A stretch of 64,000 nucleotides of DNA from Octopus vulgaris (GCA_951406725.2 OX597823.1:77934001-77998000); one strand, 5' to 3'; numbered from the stretch's first letter, positions 25,476 through 39,609 are shown. The notes: generated from the letters alone by a model not told the origin. A program made the numbers and translations.

Positions 25476-26122
25476 GCAAATTCATGCAAATTTATGATCA
25501 GAGGTAATTTATACTTGGCCATTCTATATGTTTCTCCCATATTAAGGACTGCATTATCCCATCCAATGTGTCTGTTCTTTTTTAAGACAATATGACAGTG
25601 GCTAGTAAAATCGAAGTTAATGGTCTGGTAAACTTGTTAGTGTATCAGACAAGATACCTTGTGGTATATGTTCCGATTCTTCATGTTCTGAGTTCAGATC
25701 CTGTTCTGGACAACTTGAATTGTAGACTTAATCTTTCACCTGGTTTAACATCATCACCTGACACTTTGCCTGCCTTTAGAAGAGTCCACTTAGTTGCAAG
25801 CATCCAGAGCAGAATCCAGTTTGAAGATATCTTCCTCACTGGTTTCAGAGGCTCTGTGAAAAAAAAAGTAATGAGCACTGTCCTTCCCTCCTGACTAAGA
25901 GGTTAAAAATAAGGGTCAAACTGGAGTCATGTTATTGTTTGACACTAGGTCACTTGAGTGACCAGACCTATGATCAATGATCTTCCAACTGTGACTATGA
26001 TATCAGTTATTTAGCATATAAGTGGCTATACTATCCAATGTGTCCTCCTTTATTGTACTAGTGTCTAGATTGAAAGACATGAAAGTGGTTGCTATTTCTA
26101 GCTGATCAAGCATTGGTTAGAT

Positions 26123-26346
26123 CAGCAGTTCTCAACTGCAGGTCTCAGGGCCACATGCAGCCCTAAAGCATCTTTTGGCAGCCCTTGATGGTCTTCCCTC
26201 TATAAATATGATGATTTTTTAAAACTGATTGATGTTTTACATTTTGAGGTGTAACCCCCACTACCACACCACCACCACCACCACCACTGAAACATATACT
26301 CAGATTTTGGATCTGGCCCACATATTAAAAAGGTTGTGAACCACTA
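26123..26346. mobile_element. hAT-type MITE
   Basis: Ends CAGCAGTTCTCAAC / GTTGTGAACCACTA, close to a CAGTGGTTCTCAAC consensus. Confidence 0.6.
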
Positions 26347-26846
26347 GCTAAGACAATCTGTTATCGGTTCTGATATGATTCTTGAGTGTCCTCTAGAGTC
26401 CGTGCCTGGGCGAATGCTGCATCAAGTGTTAAGGTTGTGTTTTCTAAGAGATGCTGTCAAGACTCCCAGTTCAGCTTGACTTGTAAATACTGTAGCATAT
26501 CTGATATCCTCACTGTTTGAGAAACACTAAGAATGATCTCGTTTAAGATTACAACCATCTTTGGCTGGTTTGTCCCTGTTGTGTCCACTGATCTGATTGG
26601 TTGGCATGTGGCATGGTTTGTCTCTCTCAAACAGTGGAACGGTTTGTTGTCCTTCATTTATATCTTTTGGTACGGTATTACAAGTTAAGTATTATGGCTT
26701 CTCTTCTTATAATGTTAGGGACGACCGTGCGGCGTTCAAAAGGAGACGTTTGTCACCAACCTCCTTACGTACGCTTTATATCCCTACAATACTCCCTGTT
26801 CTAGTATATTCACTCAGAGAAAATATTTTGGCTGGGGAGAATGATA

Positions 26847-27235
26847 TGATTCTTCTGAGTGTCCCCATCACTATTTTATAAGGAAGCCTCTGCATGCATA
26901 TATAATGTAGTAGGATGTGCCTGGCATGATGGCATCAATTCAACAGTTTCTAACTAACTTTTCTTTTCCATGATAATCCTGTTAATATATATTTCAAGAA
27001 GACTGAAATAAATGAAATGGAATAAAGAATTCATAATTTGATCGTTAACTTTGTTTTAACATAAGACCTTAGGAAAGGTTCTTCTTGAAATAAATATTAA
27101 CAGGATTATCATGGAAAAGAAAAGTTAGTTAGAAACTGATGAGTTTATACCATCATGTCAGGTACATCCTGCTGCATTATGTATGCTTGCAGAGGCTTCC
27201 ATATAATATAGTATAGAGGGCACTCAGAAGAATCA
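26847..27235. repeat. Inverted repeat with ~156-bp arms and 77-bp spacer
   Basis: 26847-27002 versus 27080-27235; inner ~55 bp nearly identical. Confidence 0.9.
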
Positions 27236-28190
27236 CATCCAGCTCAAAGTACCATATTGATACTGGATGAAATGCTTTGTAGAAATAATCAGGTAAAGTT
27301 TTCAAATAGGTTGTTATCATAGAATTAAGAACAGTGAATCACATAAATGAATATGATAGCACTGCATCTAAGTACTGAGAAATAGTCTATTGTAAAATTG
27401 TCAGAGTCAGGTGAAAAAACATTTATGTTACTATAAGGATAATGAAGTTGACAAGGAATTTAGTTAAACATTTTGATTATATTCTGTCTTTTTTGTTTCC
27501 TATTATTATATTTGAGAGATTTTTTTTTTTATTTTCATGATTTTGTTTTGATAGAAAATATTCTCAGTTTATCGTTGGCAAAAATTATGTTATTTACTTG
27601 TCATTTGATAATTTAGTAAAAATCAAAATCAAACTAACGTAAGTATATTAAATTATATAGAATCTAATAATGTTTAGTATGGATATGTAATCAAATATAA
27701 TATATAACAGGATAAAAATATTAAAAAAAGATGCTAACTCTTTTGGTGCAATTATCTTAATTGTTACGTTAATGTATGAGTGTTTAGATTGCCATAACAT
27801 AGAAATAGTCTTACTTTTGAATATTGTATTCTCATAGTTTTGTATGTGGATACAATATTTATATAACCTACCTTGTATATATATGACTATGTATGGGAAT
27901 GTCTCAAATTATTCCTTTGTAGATTGAACAAATGATAATTAGAATCAATAAACTTCCAAACATTACTGGGTCCCATCAGACGCGTCTATATCATTTGACC
28001 AATCCCATCATGTGTGTGTGTGGATGTGTGTGAAAAACAACTAATATTTTGCATCCTTTTATCAATTCTGATATTGAGTGAACATTTTTTCAGATCTGAG
28101 GCATAAAGTTGGATATCCTTCCTGTCACTTGCCCCTTTAGTTTCCTCTTAAGGCTTATAGGGATGTAGTGTACCTATTTAATGATCAAGC

Positions 28191-28222
<32 letters not shown>

Positions 28223-28424
28223 CTAGATAGGGAGCCTCCATTTGTAGATATCAATTAAATAATGTAGAAGTGTGCAGCAATTTCTATTCAAGTCTGGTAT
28301 AAAATATCTGATATCTGATTCAAAAGTTACATGTTGTTCACATTATTAAACAAAACTAATAATTTTAATTATTTTGATTTTTCATTTCATTAATTTTTTT
28401 CCATATTTCCATATTTAATTTCAG

Positions 28425-28605
28425 GCTGTGAGATATCCAATATAAGCCACGACGTAGAATCACTGAGAAATGGCTCTTTGCACTCACCGAACTGGCCAAA
28501 TCTTTATCCTAACAGCATTTGTCACATATATAAGTTTACAGGAAGGAAATCAGAGCGAGTAAAACTAAACTTTACTTCCTTCAATGTCCAAGGAATTCCA
28601 CCCAT
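28425..28605 (+). CDS. Internal exon, N-terminal half of a CUB domain (multi-CUB, SOL-1/cubilin-like protein)
   Basis: Polypyrimidine..TTTCAG acceptor and GTAAGT donor; 181 nt, phase 1 in, phase 2 out; CEISNISHDVESLRNGSLHSPNWPNLYPNSICHIYKFTGRKSERVKLNFTSFNVQGIPP shows CUB motifs G.L.SPN.P..YP...C and RV.L.F..F. Confidence 0.93.
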
Positions 28606-28958
28606 GTAAGTAGCCTATTTTTATCTTAGATATTGTTGTTGTTTTGTTGTATTTAGAGCAGAGTGTATAAAAACCAAGAAGAGAAATAGAATGAGTGCAT
28701 GTGTTTATTATTGGAATAATGGTCCTTCTGAGATACATGTCATTGATAAAGTCATGAATTTTACTCTTTCACTTGTTTCAGTCATTTGACTGTGGCCATA
28801 CTGGAGCACTGCCTATGAATGGTGACTAAAAAATGCTTTGACACACCTTGCTATTTGACTGAATGACTGATCAAACAATTCATTAGTTAATTGGTTAAAT
28901 AGTTAACCAATTGACAAATAAACATTAAGAAGTGAAATAGAACCAGTGTGTGTGTGTG

Positions 28959-29470
28959 CATCATCATCATCATTATCGTTTAACGTCCGCTTTCCATGCT
29001 AGCATGGGTTGGACGAATGACCGAAGGCTGGCGAACCAGATGGCTGCACCAGGCTTCAATCTTGATCTGGCAGAGTTTCTACAGCTGGATGCCCTTCCTA
29101 ACGCCAACCACTCCGAGAGTGTAGTGGGTGCTTTTATGTGCCAGTCAGGTAGTACTGGCAACGACCTTGCTCGAATCTTTTACGCATGCCACGGGCACAG
29201 GTGCCAGTAAGGTGATGCTGGTAACAATCACACTCGAATGGTGTCTTTTACGTGCTACCGGCACGGAGGCCAGATAGTCGCTCTGGCAATGATCATGCTC
29301 GGATGGTGCTCTTTAAGGCGACGCTGGTAACGATCACACTCGAATGATGCCATTTAAGTGCCGCTGGCATGGAAGCTGGTTAGCAGCTCTGTCACTCATA
29401 TGGTGCTCTTTGTACCCCGCTATCACAGATACCAGTCATCAAATTTGCTTTTGATTTTTGATTTTTGATT
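28959..29470 (-). mobile_element. Family B SINE-like element inserted in a (TG)n run
   Basis: Full (CAT)n tail and minisatellite; the empty site is preserved at 24286-24372. Confidence 0.9.
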
Positions 29471-30179
29471 ATGTGTGTGTATTTGTTATTGACATGGTGA
29501 CCCACCCAAGATACAACAAAATATATTTCAATGCATGAGTTCCCATCAAGAATATTGCAAACCGAGTTCAAGAACGAAATTGTTGCTTAACCCCAGGTCA
29601 GCAGTGATTGAACAGACCAATGATCAAAGACATTCCTGCAATGAAATAAAATTGCCATTTATTTATTTTCAGACTGTGTCTCAGACTACGTTATGTTTCC
29701 TTTCATTTTTAAGACAGTAGGGTATTATGTGACAGAGATTTAGTTACTTTTTCTTGCAGGTCACATGAGCACACAGAGGCTTGTTCATTGGTTATTTTGC
29801 TGCTGGCCGAATCAGAAAACTGCACTTAGAAACCTATGCCTTTGTGGGTTCTGTTGATCTATTTGTAAATTAGTTATCATGAGATGAAGAAGCAAATCTC
29901 ACAGCTGAAAGCATAGAGAGTTGGATATAATTAATGAGAGTTACATTAGCGTTTGATGCTTAACTACAAATCTAATCAGAATACAGCTTGTAGAAAGAAG
30001 GGTATCTCTAAGATGACTTAATCTAAAAACACACAACATGATGAATTTGTTGGCATTCCAGCTGTGACTGTCATATACTTTCTTTTCATAAATACAGTAT
30101 CCTAAAACAGTATTTATCCTATATGCTCTTCCTTTAAGAGATAAAGGTGTGATTTTTAGGATATTTAGTTGCTATGTGT

Positions 30180-30573
30180 CGTAGGGGTGACTGTGTGGTA
30201 AGTAGCTTGCTTATGAACCACATAGTTCCGGGTTCAGTCCCACTGTGTGGCTCCTTGGGCAAGTGTCTTCTACTACAGCTTCGGACCGACCAAAGCCTTA
30301 TGAGTAGATTTGGTAGATGGAAACTGAAAGAAGCCCGTCATATATATGTATATGTATATATATGTGTGTGTGTTTGTGTGTCTGTGTTTGTTCCCCCAAC
30401 ATCGCTTGACAATCGATGCTGGTGTGTTTACGTCCCCATAAGTTAGCGGTTCGGCAAAAGAGACCGATAGAATAAGTACTGGGTTTACAAAGAATAAGTC
30501 CTGGGGTTGATTTGCTTGACTAAAGGTTGTGCTCCAGCATGGCTACAGTCAAATGACTGAAGCAAGTAAAAAG
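30180..30573 (+). mobile_element. Family A SINE
   Basis: Full-length homology to 22246-22662. Confidence 0.9.
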
Positions 30574-31027
30574 ATGTCTTGTAAGTCAAGTGACCATGGA
30601 AAGTTCCTCCCACTGACTGGTTCAGTGATTGCTTAGTCTCAAGCCAGCTTTAACTGAAGAGACTCATGATGGAAATCAACTCAGCCATGACATCACCTAC
30701 TATTTCATGAGAGTATGGTATGATTTGAGGAAATTTAGCTACTATTTCTGGCAGGTTGAACAACCATTCACAGGTGTGTTGACAAATGTCTTCACTTATG
30801 TTGTTATCATGATGAAGCACTGAATTATAGGACTTACAGCTGCTAACACACGTGTGTTACAGAGTTTTTTATCATCATCATCATTTTAACATTCACGTTT
30901 CCATGCCAGTATGGGTTAGGCAGACTTTCTACAGTCAGGTACCCTTCATGTCACCAACCTGTACCTGTTTCCAGGCAAGGCAATATTTTCCCAGTCAGAA
31001 ATGCTCTTGCAGAATATTGGAAAAGAA

Positions 31028-31446
31028 TAGTGGCTGTGTGGTAAGTAGCTTGTTTACCAACCACATGGTTCCGGGTTGAGTCCCACTGCGTGGCACCTTG
31101 GGCAGGTGTCTTCTACTATAGTCTCGGGTCGCCAAAGCCTACTGAGTGGATTTGGTAGACAGAAACTGAAAGAAGCCCGTCATATATATGTATATATATA
31201 TATATAAATATGTATGTGTGTGTATATGTTTGTGTGTCTGTGTTTGTCCCCCCAACATCGCTTGACAACCGATGCTGGTGTGTTTACGTCTCTGTAACTT
31301 AGCAGGTCGGCAAAAGAGACCGATAGAATAAGTGCTGGCTTTACAAAGAATAAGTCCTGGGGTCGATTTGCTTGACTAAAGGTGGTGCTCCAGCATGGCC
31401 AGAGTCAAATGACCGAAACAAGTAAAAGAGTTAAAGAGTAAAAGAG
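31028..31446 (+). mobile_element. Family A SINE
   Basis: Full length with (AAAAGAGT)n tail. Confidence 0.9.
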
Positions 31447-32161
31447 TATATCCACTCATAAGACTTTCTTCAGCCCACGGTTATATAGTATGAGGCATTT
31501 TGCCCAAAGTGCGGCACAGTGAGATTGAACCTGAAGCCACGCGGTTCCAATTCAAACTTGGTAAAACCATACAGCCAAGCATGTACTCTGTTCAGAGAAC
31601 TTTTATAGTGACTTCGTAAACTCTCATTATTCCAATGTTCCGATGTGAGTAAAATATATAATAGCTTTGTCAATCTATCTGACATGCAAGAGTTTAATCC
31701 TTTCAACTAGCATCCATTAAATACGAAATAATATTTTTATTGTTAAATCTAGCATCACCATATTTAAATGATCGGCAGTGAAGAGATTATATGCCATGTA
31801 CAAAGATAGGATTGGACCATATTTTCATAATTCAGTGAACTGCCTATATTCTTCGGCTAACTATTGATACATCTCAGTAATGATTTGTTTGCTTATCTAT
31901 TGGTGACTGGTGATTTGGACCTCAATGGAGATTACTGTGGATTAAAACAGTGATTGAGCTTTAATATTTCTCTGCTAGATTCATGATGTTTGCATGTCTT
32001 AACATACAATTGTCCATTTTCAGGTTCTGTCTTGATTATAGCAAATGACTTAAAGTACATTTCCACTGCTGGAAGTATAATTTTAAAATAATATGACATG
32101 TTTAATATTACATATGATGGTTTAACATGCACACATATTTCTGGATATTACGGCTAAAAAT

Positions 32162-32221
<60 letters not shown>

Positions 32222-32278
32222 AAGGAGTCACACAGTGCTCACTGAGGTGCTCATCTGGATTTCTAAATCACTATCTTG

Positions 32279-32324
<46 letters not shown>

Positions 32325-32671
32325 ATATATGTATATAGTCAATAAAGCATATATCAGAAAAGAAGCACATACATATGTATGCATGCATGTATGTATGTAT
32401 ATATGTGTGTATGTATGTATGCATGTATGCGTGTTTGTATTACGTATATGAGTGTGTGTGTGTATGTGCATTCATGCATGTGTGTGTGTATTCCAAAAGA
32501 TATAAGCATGGTAGATCAGTTTGATTTAAGCTCATGTATTTGATGTTTTACCAGCTCTCTGAAACACATGTGGATTATATAATATATATATAAATTGTGG
32601 ATCTATGTATGTTTATATAATTGCAATATATTTGTACATATGTGTACTTATATACTATATATATAAATATA

Positions 32672-32707
<36 letters not shown>

Positions 32708-32890
32708 GGGGTATAAGTATGTTACAAACGTATATGTGTGTGTGGGTATATATATATATATACACACATATATGTGTATGTAGATATGTTCACATATATG
32801 TGTAATTACATTTTTTAATATATGTGTGTGTGTGTGTTTATGTATGTATTTACACACTCATACATATATACCTGTACATACATATATGTA

Positions 32891-33570
32891 AAACCTGGCC
32901 ATGCAAAACGAATGAGGCATAGTTAGCAAGCACACCTTCAACTCATAAACTTGGAAGATAAGAAATGCTCTGATTTATTACAATGGAACACCAGCAACTC
33001 TGTAATTAAATGGTTCGGTAGCATTGAACATAAAGCATTCTGTAGATTCACCGAGTTTGACATAGTGGAATTTTATCTATCAATTTCTAAATCCCTTCTC
33101 CAAAAAGCCTTAGAATTTGGAAAGCCATTGACTGCTTTTAATGTACCTAACATCAGCATTTTAATGAAAAGCAGGATGCCGATCTTGTTTTATGATGATC
33201 CTTCAGAATAATAATAATAATAATAATAATAAAAGGGTTGGGTGAAGAATGATGTGTCATATAAATGGATAAATTTGATGGTTTTGTTTCCAAAATAAAT
33301 TGCCTGAAAATTTTAGATACCACTCTCTAAAAAAACAAAAAAGCAACTTATGACTGGCATAGGATTATACAGGGATGACGGACGGTCAAACTCCCTCCAC
33401 ATGCATTGCCATAACACGGTCATATTCATGACATATGTAATAAGTATATTGAAGGAACTTGATGTAAAAATAACCATCAATGCTAAGCGCAAGAACACTC
33501 AATTAAGAGGGCATTATACTGGACATGATTCAGGCAAGTACCAGCTCTTCAGAAAGTCAAATGAAGATAT
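32891..33570 (+). pseudogene. Decayed Penelope-like element reverse transcriptase
   Basis: QWNTSNSVIKWF..FDIVEFYLSISKSLLQKALEF..KSRMPILF and GIGLYRDDG..LDVKITINA match PLE RT motifs (FDI..FYPSI, YRDDG); stops, frameshifts and a (TAA)n insertion. Confidence 0.8.
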
Positions 33571-33797
33571 GGATACATCATCATCATCATCCTTTAACAT
33601 TCGTTTTCTGTGCTGCCGTGGGTTGGCTACTTTGACTGGGATTATAAGCCAGAGTGCTGTACCAGGTTCCAGGTGCACACATACACACACTCACATGCAT
33701 ATGTATATATACACTCACACACACATGCACACACATGCACACGCATATATATATATATATATCTATACATACATATATATATATATATATATACACA

Positions 33798-34190
33798 CTA
33801 GCAGTATCACCCGGCATTGCTCAGGTTTGCTTTGACCCTTTAGAATTGGAATTTTTGAAAAGTAAAAATTTTGCATCATGTAGCTTGTTATTCTCTTTAA
33901 GTGAACATTTTTCTGGTTGAAATACACCAAAAAATGGCGACACAGCAGTCAAAAAATCGTAAAAAAATAGGGATTTTCATAGAAAAAAAAGCACTTTTTT
34001 TCTGTAAATAATTTTTGGTGTTAACATGGTCTGATTTGAATTTTTTCTCCTACGGAAAGAAGAGGAAGCCTTCTTCTATCATACTCTCAATTTTGGTCAA
34101 CTTGCGCGACAGGGTCTCGGAGGAGATAGTGTTAGTTGAAGGCTACCAAACCTGCCATACACAGACAACTTCAGCTTTATATATATATAT
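33798..34190 (-). mobile_element. Non-autonomous Helitron
   Basis: 3' CTAG at 33798-33801 with sub-terminal GC hairpin; near-identical to 50845-51234. Confidence 0.85.
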
Positions 34191-34904
34191 ATATATGTAT
34201 ATCTTAGAACCACATTTCATTTCAATGAGGTGGGGGCCAGTGCACAATGATGCTGTTAAGAGGTAGGCCCTGAAACAGCATGCATTCTCTCCTGATGATC
34301 CCATAAACTTATTAGCATCCAGTATATTGAGCTTTCAAATTGTAGCACTGGCATCTGCGAGTTGTTTGCAAAAAATTTTAGTCAGTTAAAGGCTATAATA
34401 AAAGACACTCATCAAGATTGCCAGATTGCTATTCTATGGAACCAAAATGATGTGCTTGTGAAGCAAATTTCTGAGCCATACAGCTGTGTCTGTTTTTAAA
34501 ATATTTTTTTGAAAGAAAAATTTGTTTAAAAATATTTAAAATATCTTTTCAAATATTGCTTAAACAACGATGGAATTTCAGGAGAAGAATTTTTTGAGTG
34601 TGCTTGCTTGTTTGAAGTTTAAGACATTTGGAATATTCTCATGAGAACCAGAAAGGAAAAGAAAAACAACCAATTTTACATGTGACACTTGCATAAGTTT
34701 TTTTCAAGAAAATATTAAAATAAGCGTTTTCTTCATAACTTTTATATAATATTGCAAAAATATATTCAAACAACTAGTAATTCAAGTGAAAACTGTCTTG
34801 ATTTATCAAGTGAAGGATCAAATATGTGAAAACCAAGATAAATGAAGTAACAGCCTTTCAGTTATATATCGTGTGTGTGTGTGTGTGTTTGCTTGTGTCT
34901 GTAC

Positions 34905-35175
34905 ATGAAGACATGTTGTCTAGTGGGCAGGATGTTACATTCAAGATCAAAAGACTGTGATTTCAATTCCCAGATCAGTGGTGTGTTGTGTTCTTCAGTT
35001 AAACATTTCCTTTCGTGTTGGTCCAGTGTGCAATGGACTGGAATCCCATTTAGGGGAAGGTTGGCCTTCCTGCCTGGCCAATACAGTAACATCATTTGAA
35101 AGCTACAAGAATTTGAGGAAGCACATTGTGATCAGTTGTGTACTACAATATCTGAGAGTCTGGTCGCTATAGTGA
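34905..35175 (+). mobile_element. Old tRNA-headed SINE sharing its 3' tail with 54505-54802
   Basis: GCACATTGTGATCAG..CTGAGAGTCTGGTCG tail. Confidence 0.6.
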
Positions 35176-35650
35176 TCATCATCATCGTTGTTTAACGTCC
35201 GCTTTCCATGCTGGTATGGGTTGGATGGTTTGACTGAGGACTGGTGAGCCAGAAGGCTGCACCAGGCTCCAAACTAATCTGGCAAAATTTCTACAGCTGG
35301 GTGCCCTTCCTAACGCCAACCACTCCGAGTGTAGCGAGTGCTTTTACGTGGTACCACCACGAGGGCCAGTCATGCTGTTCTGGCAATAACCATGCTCAAA
35401 AGGTGTTTTTTACATGTTACCTGCACAAGAGCCAGTTCAGCAGCACTGGCAATGACCATGCTCAAATGTTGTTTTTCACATGCCACCATCACATGTGCTA
35501 GTAAGGCAATGCTGGCAACGATCATGCTTGAATGGTGCTTTTTACATGCCACCAGCACAGGAGCCAATCCATGGCCCTGGCAATGATCATGCTCGGATGT
35601 GCTTTTACCATTCCACTGGCACGAGTGCCAATCAGGTGGTACTGTCATCG
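35176..35650 (-). mobile_element. Family B SINE-like element
   Basis: (CAT)n tail plus about five minisatellite units. Confidence 0.85.
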
Positions 35651-36466
35651 GCCATATATATTTTTTAACATCTCTTCTCCATTTTTAACAGTCTGTTGAG
35701 TTTCTATGGGATAACCATTCCATAAATTCTCATCAAATACCATATACATGTAATAATTTCATATTCACAAAAATCTTAAGCCAGTAAGATACCAATGAAA
35801 TGTGAAGAATCTTTGTTAGAAATCGCCCCTTTGGAACCCTCCAAATTAAAGGATAAATTGAACTTTACCCTTTCACACGCACACACACATGCACATATAC
35901 ACACATATACACATAAACATATATATATATATTTATGCATATATACATCCACATACACAAAATAACCTTCCCTTTACTAACATAAAATGAAAACTTCTTG
36001 TGATAGCATGAAATATTATTACTAAATTCTTAATCAGGATTAGCGGAAGCATGTCTGGTCAACTTTGTAGCTATTTTATCCTGACAACAAGCTTGTTTGC
36101 AAACCACATGGATCCAGGTTCAGTCCTACTGCATAGCATCTTGGGCAAGTGTTTTTTACTATAGTCCCAGGCTGGTTAAAGCCCTGTGAGTGAATTTGGT
36201 AGATGGAAACTGAAAGAAGCCTGTTGCATATGCATATATGTGTGTGTGCATGTGTCTTTCTATCAATGCTTGTCCCACCACCAACTGGTGTTTGTGTGCT
36301 TATATCCCTGTAACTTAGCAGTTTGGCAAAAAAACTGATAGAATAAATACCAGGTTTAAAAAAAAAAAGAAAACGTCAGTAATGGAGTTGATTCCTTTAG
36401 CTAAAAATTCTTAGAGGCAGTGCCCCAGAATGGTCATAGTTCAATGAGTGAAACAGATAAAAGATA

Positions 36467-37347
36467 CGTGGTCTGATTAATAAGTATCCAGACTGTTGCC
36501 ATAGTAACAAAGCAAAAGCATGCAGAGTGAAGCCACTTGGCACAGACTGACCTTGACCTCTGTTGTGCATGTGCATTAAGTGTTAAAATTCTAGTTCACT
36601 TTCCCTCTTTACAGCAATGCTTGTAAGTAACATGTGTAGCGTGTGATCATCACATTGACAATAACAGAGAAAGTTGTCATGGCAATACCTGCTCAGAGAC
36701 CTATGTAAGGGTGCAGAAAGTGTATGGAGAGGAGTGTATGAGTCGCAGACAAGTGTACACGTGGTTCAGACGTTTCCAAGATGGCCACAAAAATGTCGAT
36801 ATTGACGAACATTCTAGGAGACCTGCAACCAGCAGAACTTAGAAAAACTTTGCAGATGTGCATGTAGCTGTGGGGAGAAATTATTGAATCACCATCCAGA
36901 AGATATACAGATTAATTACAGCTCGGCTCAGTCCATTATCACTGAAGATTGGGTATGAGATGCTTCTCTGCTAAGTTTGTCTCAAAACTGCATTCAGTGG
37001 ACCAAAAGGAGACTCAGGTTTCAGACGCACGAGATCTCTTTGAGTGTGTTGAAGATGATGAAAACTTTTTGAAAACTATGCATAGGCCTCCGAGCAGGTA
37101 TTGCCAAGCTTTTGGTAAAATTTGATGCAGATTTTCTGTTCAACTTTCTCTGTCATGTACAATGTGACAATCACATGCAACACACCTTTCTTCCAAGTAC
37201 TGCTGTAAACAGTGGAAGTGAGCTAGATGGTTAAAACTTAATGCACATGCACAGCAGAGTTAAAGGTCAACTATGCCAAGCAGCTTCACCGTGTGTGCTT
37301 CAGTGTCGTTACTATGGCAACAGTCCTGATACTTATTGATCAGACCG
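36467..37347 (+). mobile_element. Deleted mariner-family element with long (~160-bp) imperfect TIRs
   Basis: TA-flanked ends GGTCTGATTAATAAGTATC / GATACTTATTGATCAGACC; HTH remnant ETYVRVQKVYGEECMSRRQVYTWFRRFQDG..DEHSRRPATSRT and GMRCFSAKFVSKL. Confidence 0.9.
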
Positions 37348-37444
37348 TATATATATATATATATATATATAACCCAGCTTTTCTTTCTAGCATTTCGAAT
37401 TCCTATGAGTGGATTCCTCATGTATTTAAATATACACTATATTG

Positions 37445-37479
<35 letters not shown>

Positions 37480-37529
37480 GAAGAGTTTAGTTGAGAAAAT
37501 CTATCCCAGTGCTTATGTTTCTGTTTCTA

Positions 37530-38512
37530 CTTTTAAAAATTCTGTACTTACTTCATCGGTGTATTTTATTGAACCACTAAGTGCCAGGGACATAAACAAA
37601 CCAGCACTAGTTTTTGAGTGGCAATGGGGACAAACACAAAGTCCATCACACATACACATGTACACACTCACACACACATACACAATATGCATGCGCATAA
37701 TAAGCTTTTCTCATTTCCGTCTACCAAATCCACTCACAAGCCTTTGGTCAACCTGAAGACATAGTAGCAGACATTTGCCCAAGGTGTCATACTGTTGGAT
37801 TGAGACTGGGACTGAACCTGAAACCATGTGTTTGTGAAGCAAACTTCTTACAACAGAGACACATTTGCACCTCTCTTTCTCACTATATATCATCATCATC
37901 ATCATCATCGATTAACGTCCGTTTTCCATGCTGACATGGGTTGGATGGTTCAACTAGGGTCTGGGAAGCCAGGAGGCTGCACCAGGCTCCAATCTGATCT
38001 GGCAATGTTTCTATGGCTGGATGCCCTTCCTAATGCCAACCCCTCTGAGAGTGTAGTGGGTGCTTTTTACATGCCACCTGTACAGGGGCCAGAGGATCTA
38101 GCATCGACCACGACTGGATGGTGCTTTTTACATGCCACTGGCACACAAGCCAGTCAAGGCAGCACTGGCATCAACCACGTTCGGATGGTACTTTTTATGT
38201 GCTACCGGCATGGAAGCCAATCTTTGTTTGGTTCTGGTTCCACATAAAAGTATCCAGTCCACTCTATAAAGTGGTTAGTTTTAGGAAGGCCATCCATTCA
38301 TAAAGACCATGCCAAAGCTGATCTCACAGATGCTGGTGCCACATAAAAAGCATCGAAACCACTCTGTTAAGTGGTTGGTGTTAGGAAGGGCATCCATCCA
38401 TAAAGACCATGCCAAACAGACAGTGGATCTTAACACAGTTCTCCGGTTTACCATTTCCTGTCTAACTATTTGAGCCATGCCAGCATGGAAGATGTACATT
38501 AAATGAGGATGA
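37530..38512. mobile_element. Cluster of family A (-), family B (-) and family B (+) SINE copies
   Basis: A at about 37530-37860, B at 37891-38220, opposite-strand B at about 38230-38512. Confidence 0.8.
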
Positions 38513-38958
38513 TTGCCATACACACACACACATGCACAGATATATAATATACGCATATACATTATTTATACATATGTATTTATGATCTAATATATTACTA
38601 TGCACGAATGACAGAGCCCAAATTAACTGCGAAAGTGAAAAGAAAATGGGATGAATAAGAGAGAAATCAATGTAGTGTGCAACAGAGAATATATCGTGTT
38701 GATATGGACATGTGATGAGTATGGAAGATGACAGCTGAGGAAGAACCATGAAGCGATCGAAGTGGAAGGTTCCTGTGGATGTGGGGGGGGGGGGAGAGCA
38801 GTTGTACTTGATCTCATGAGGCTGAACTTCACAAATAAGTGTATGAATGGCTGCAACATATGACTAAATGGTGTGCTTGATAAGCCCCCATCCAATCCAT
38901 AGAAGCATGGAAAAGCAGATGTAAGATGATGATGATACACACTACACACATACTTTCA

Positions 38959-39019
<61 letters not shown>

Positions 39020-39609
39020 TGAGAGAGAGAGGGGGAGATATAGATAGATAGACAGATAGATATATAAATCTGTATAAATCTATTTTAAGTAGTAAGATCA
39101 TGTAAGATACAATCAATAAGATACCTAGTCATTTATATATATATATATATATACACACACATATATATACATACATATATATATGTAAACATACATACAC
39201 TCATACACATATATTTATATATTTATATATATATATATATATATGCATGCTTACATACACACACACATGTATATGTGTGCATATGCACACAAACACACAC
39301 ACACACACATGCAGATGCATATGAATGTGTGTGTGTGTGTGTACATGATTGCCATACATTACTATACGTATTCATATAGGTCATCATATCATAACTAATG
39401 GTTCGAGAAATATTTGAGTTATGGATAGTAATTATAAACTTTCACAATAGATCAGTCCCGAGTTGATTTACCTGTTATATCCTGAGGCTCAAATGAAGTA
39501 GATGCTACTCTTAGAACAAAGTTAATAAATTCAATTTATTTGGATGTTTCTCAGAGTAAACAGCTATTAATTTGAGATAGCTATTTATCCATCAATCATT
39601 CAATCTATA

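Noticed and set aside
27130-27170. CTGATGAG inside the 26847-27235 inverted repeat
   Set aside because: No downstream stem II or GAAA; not a ribozyme.
30650-30690. CTGAAGA..GAAAT motif
   Set aside because: No pairing stems; part of an old dispersed repeat seen many times in the window.
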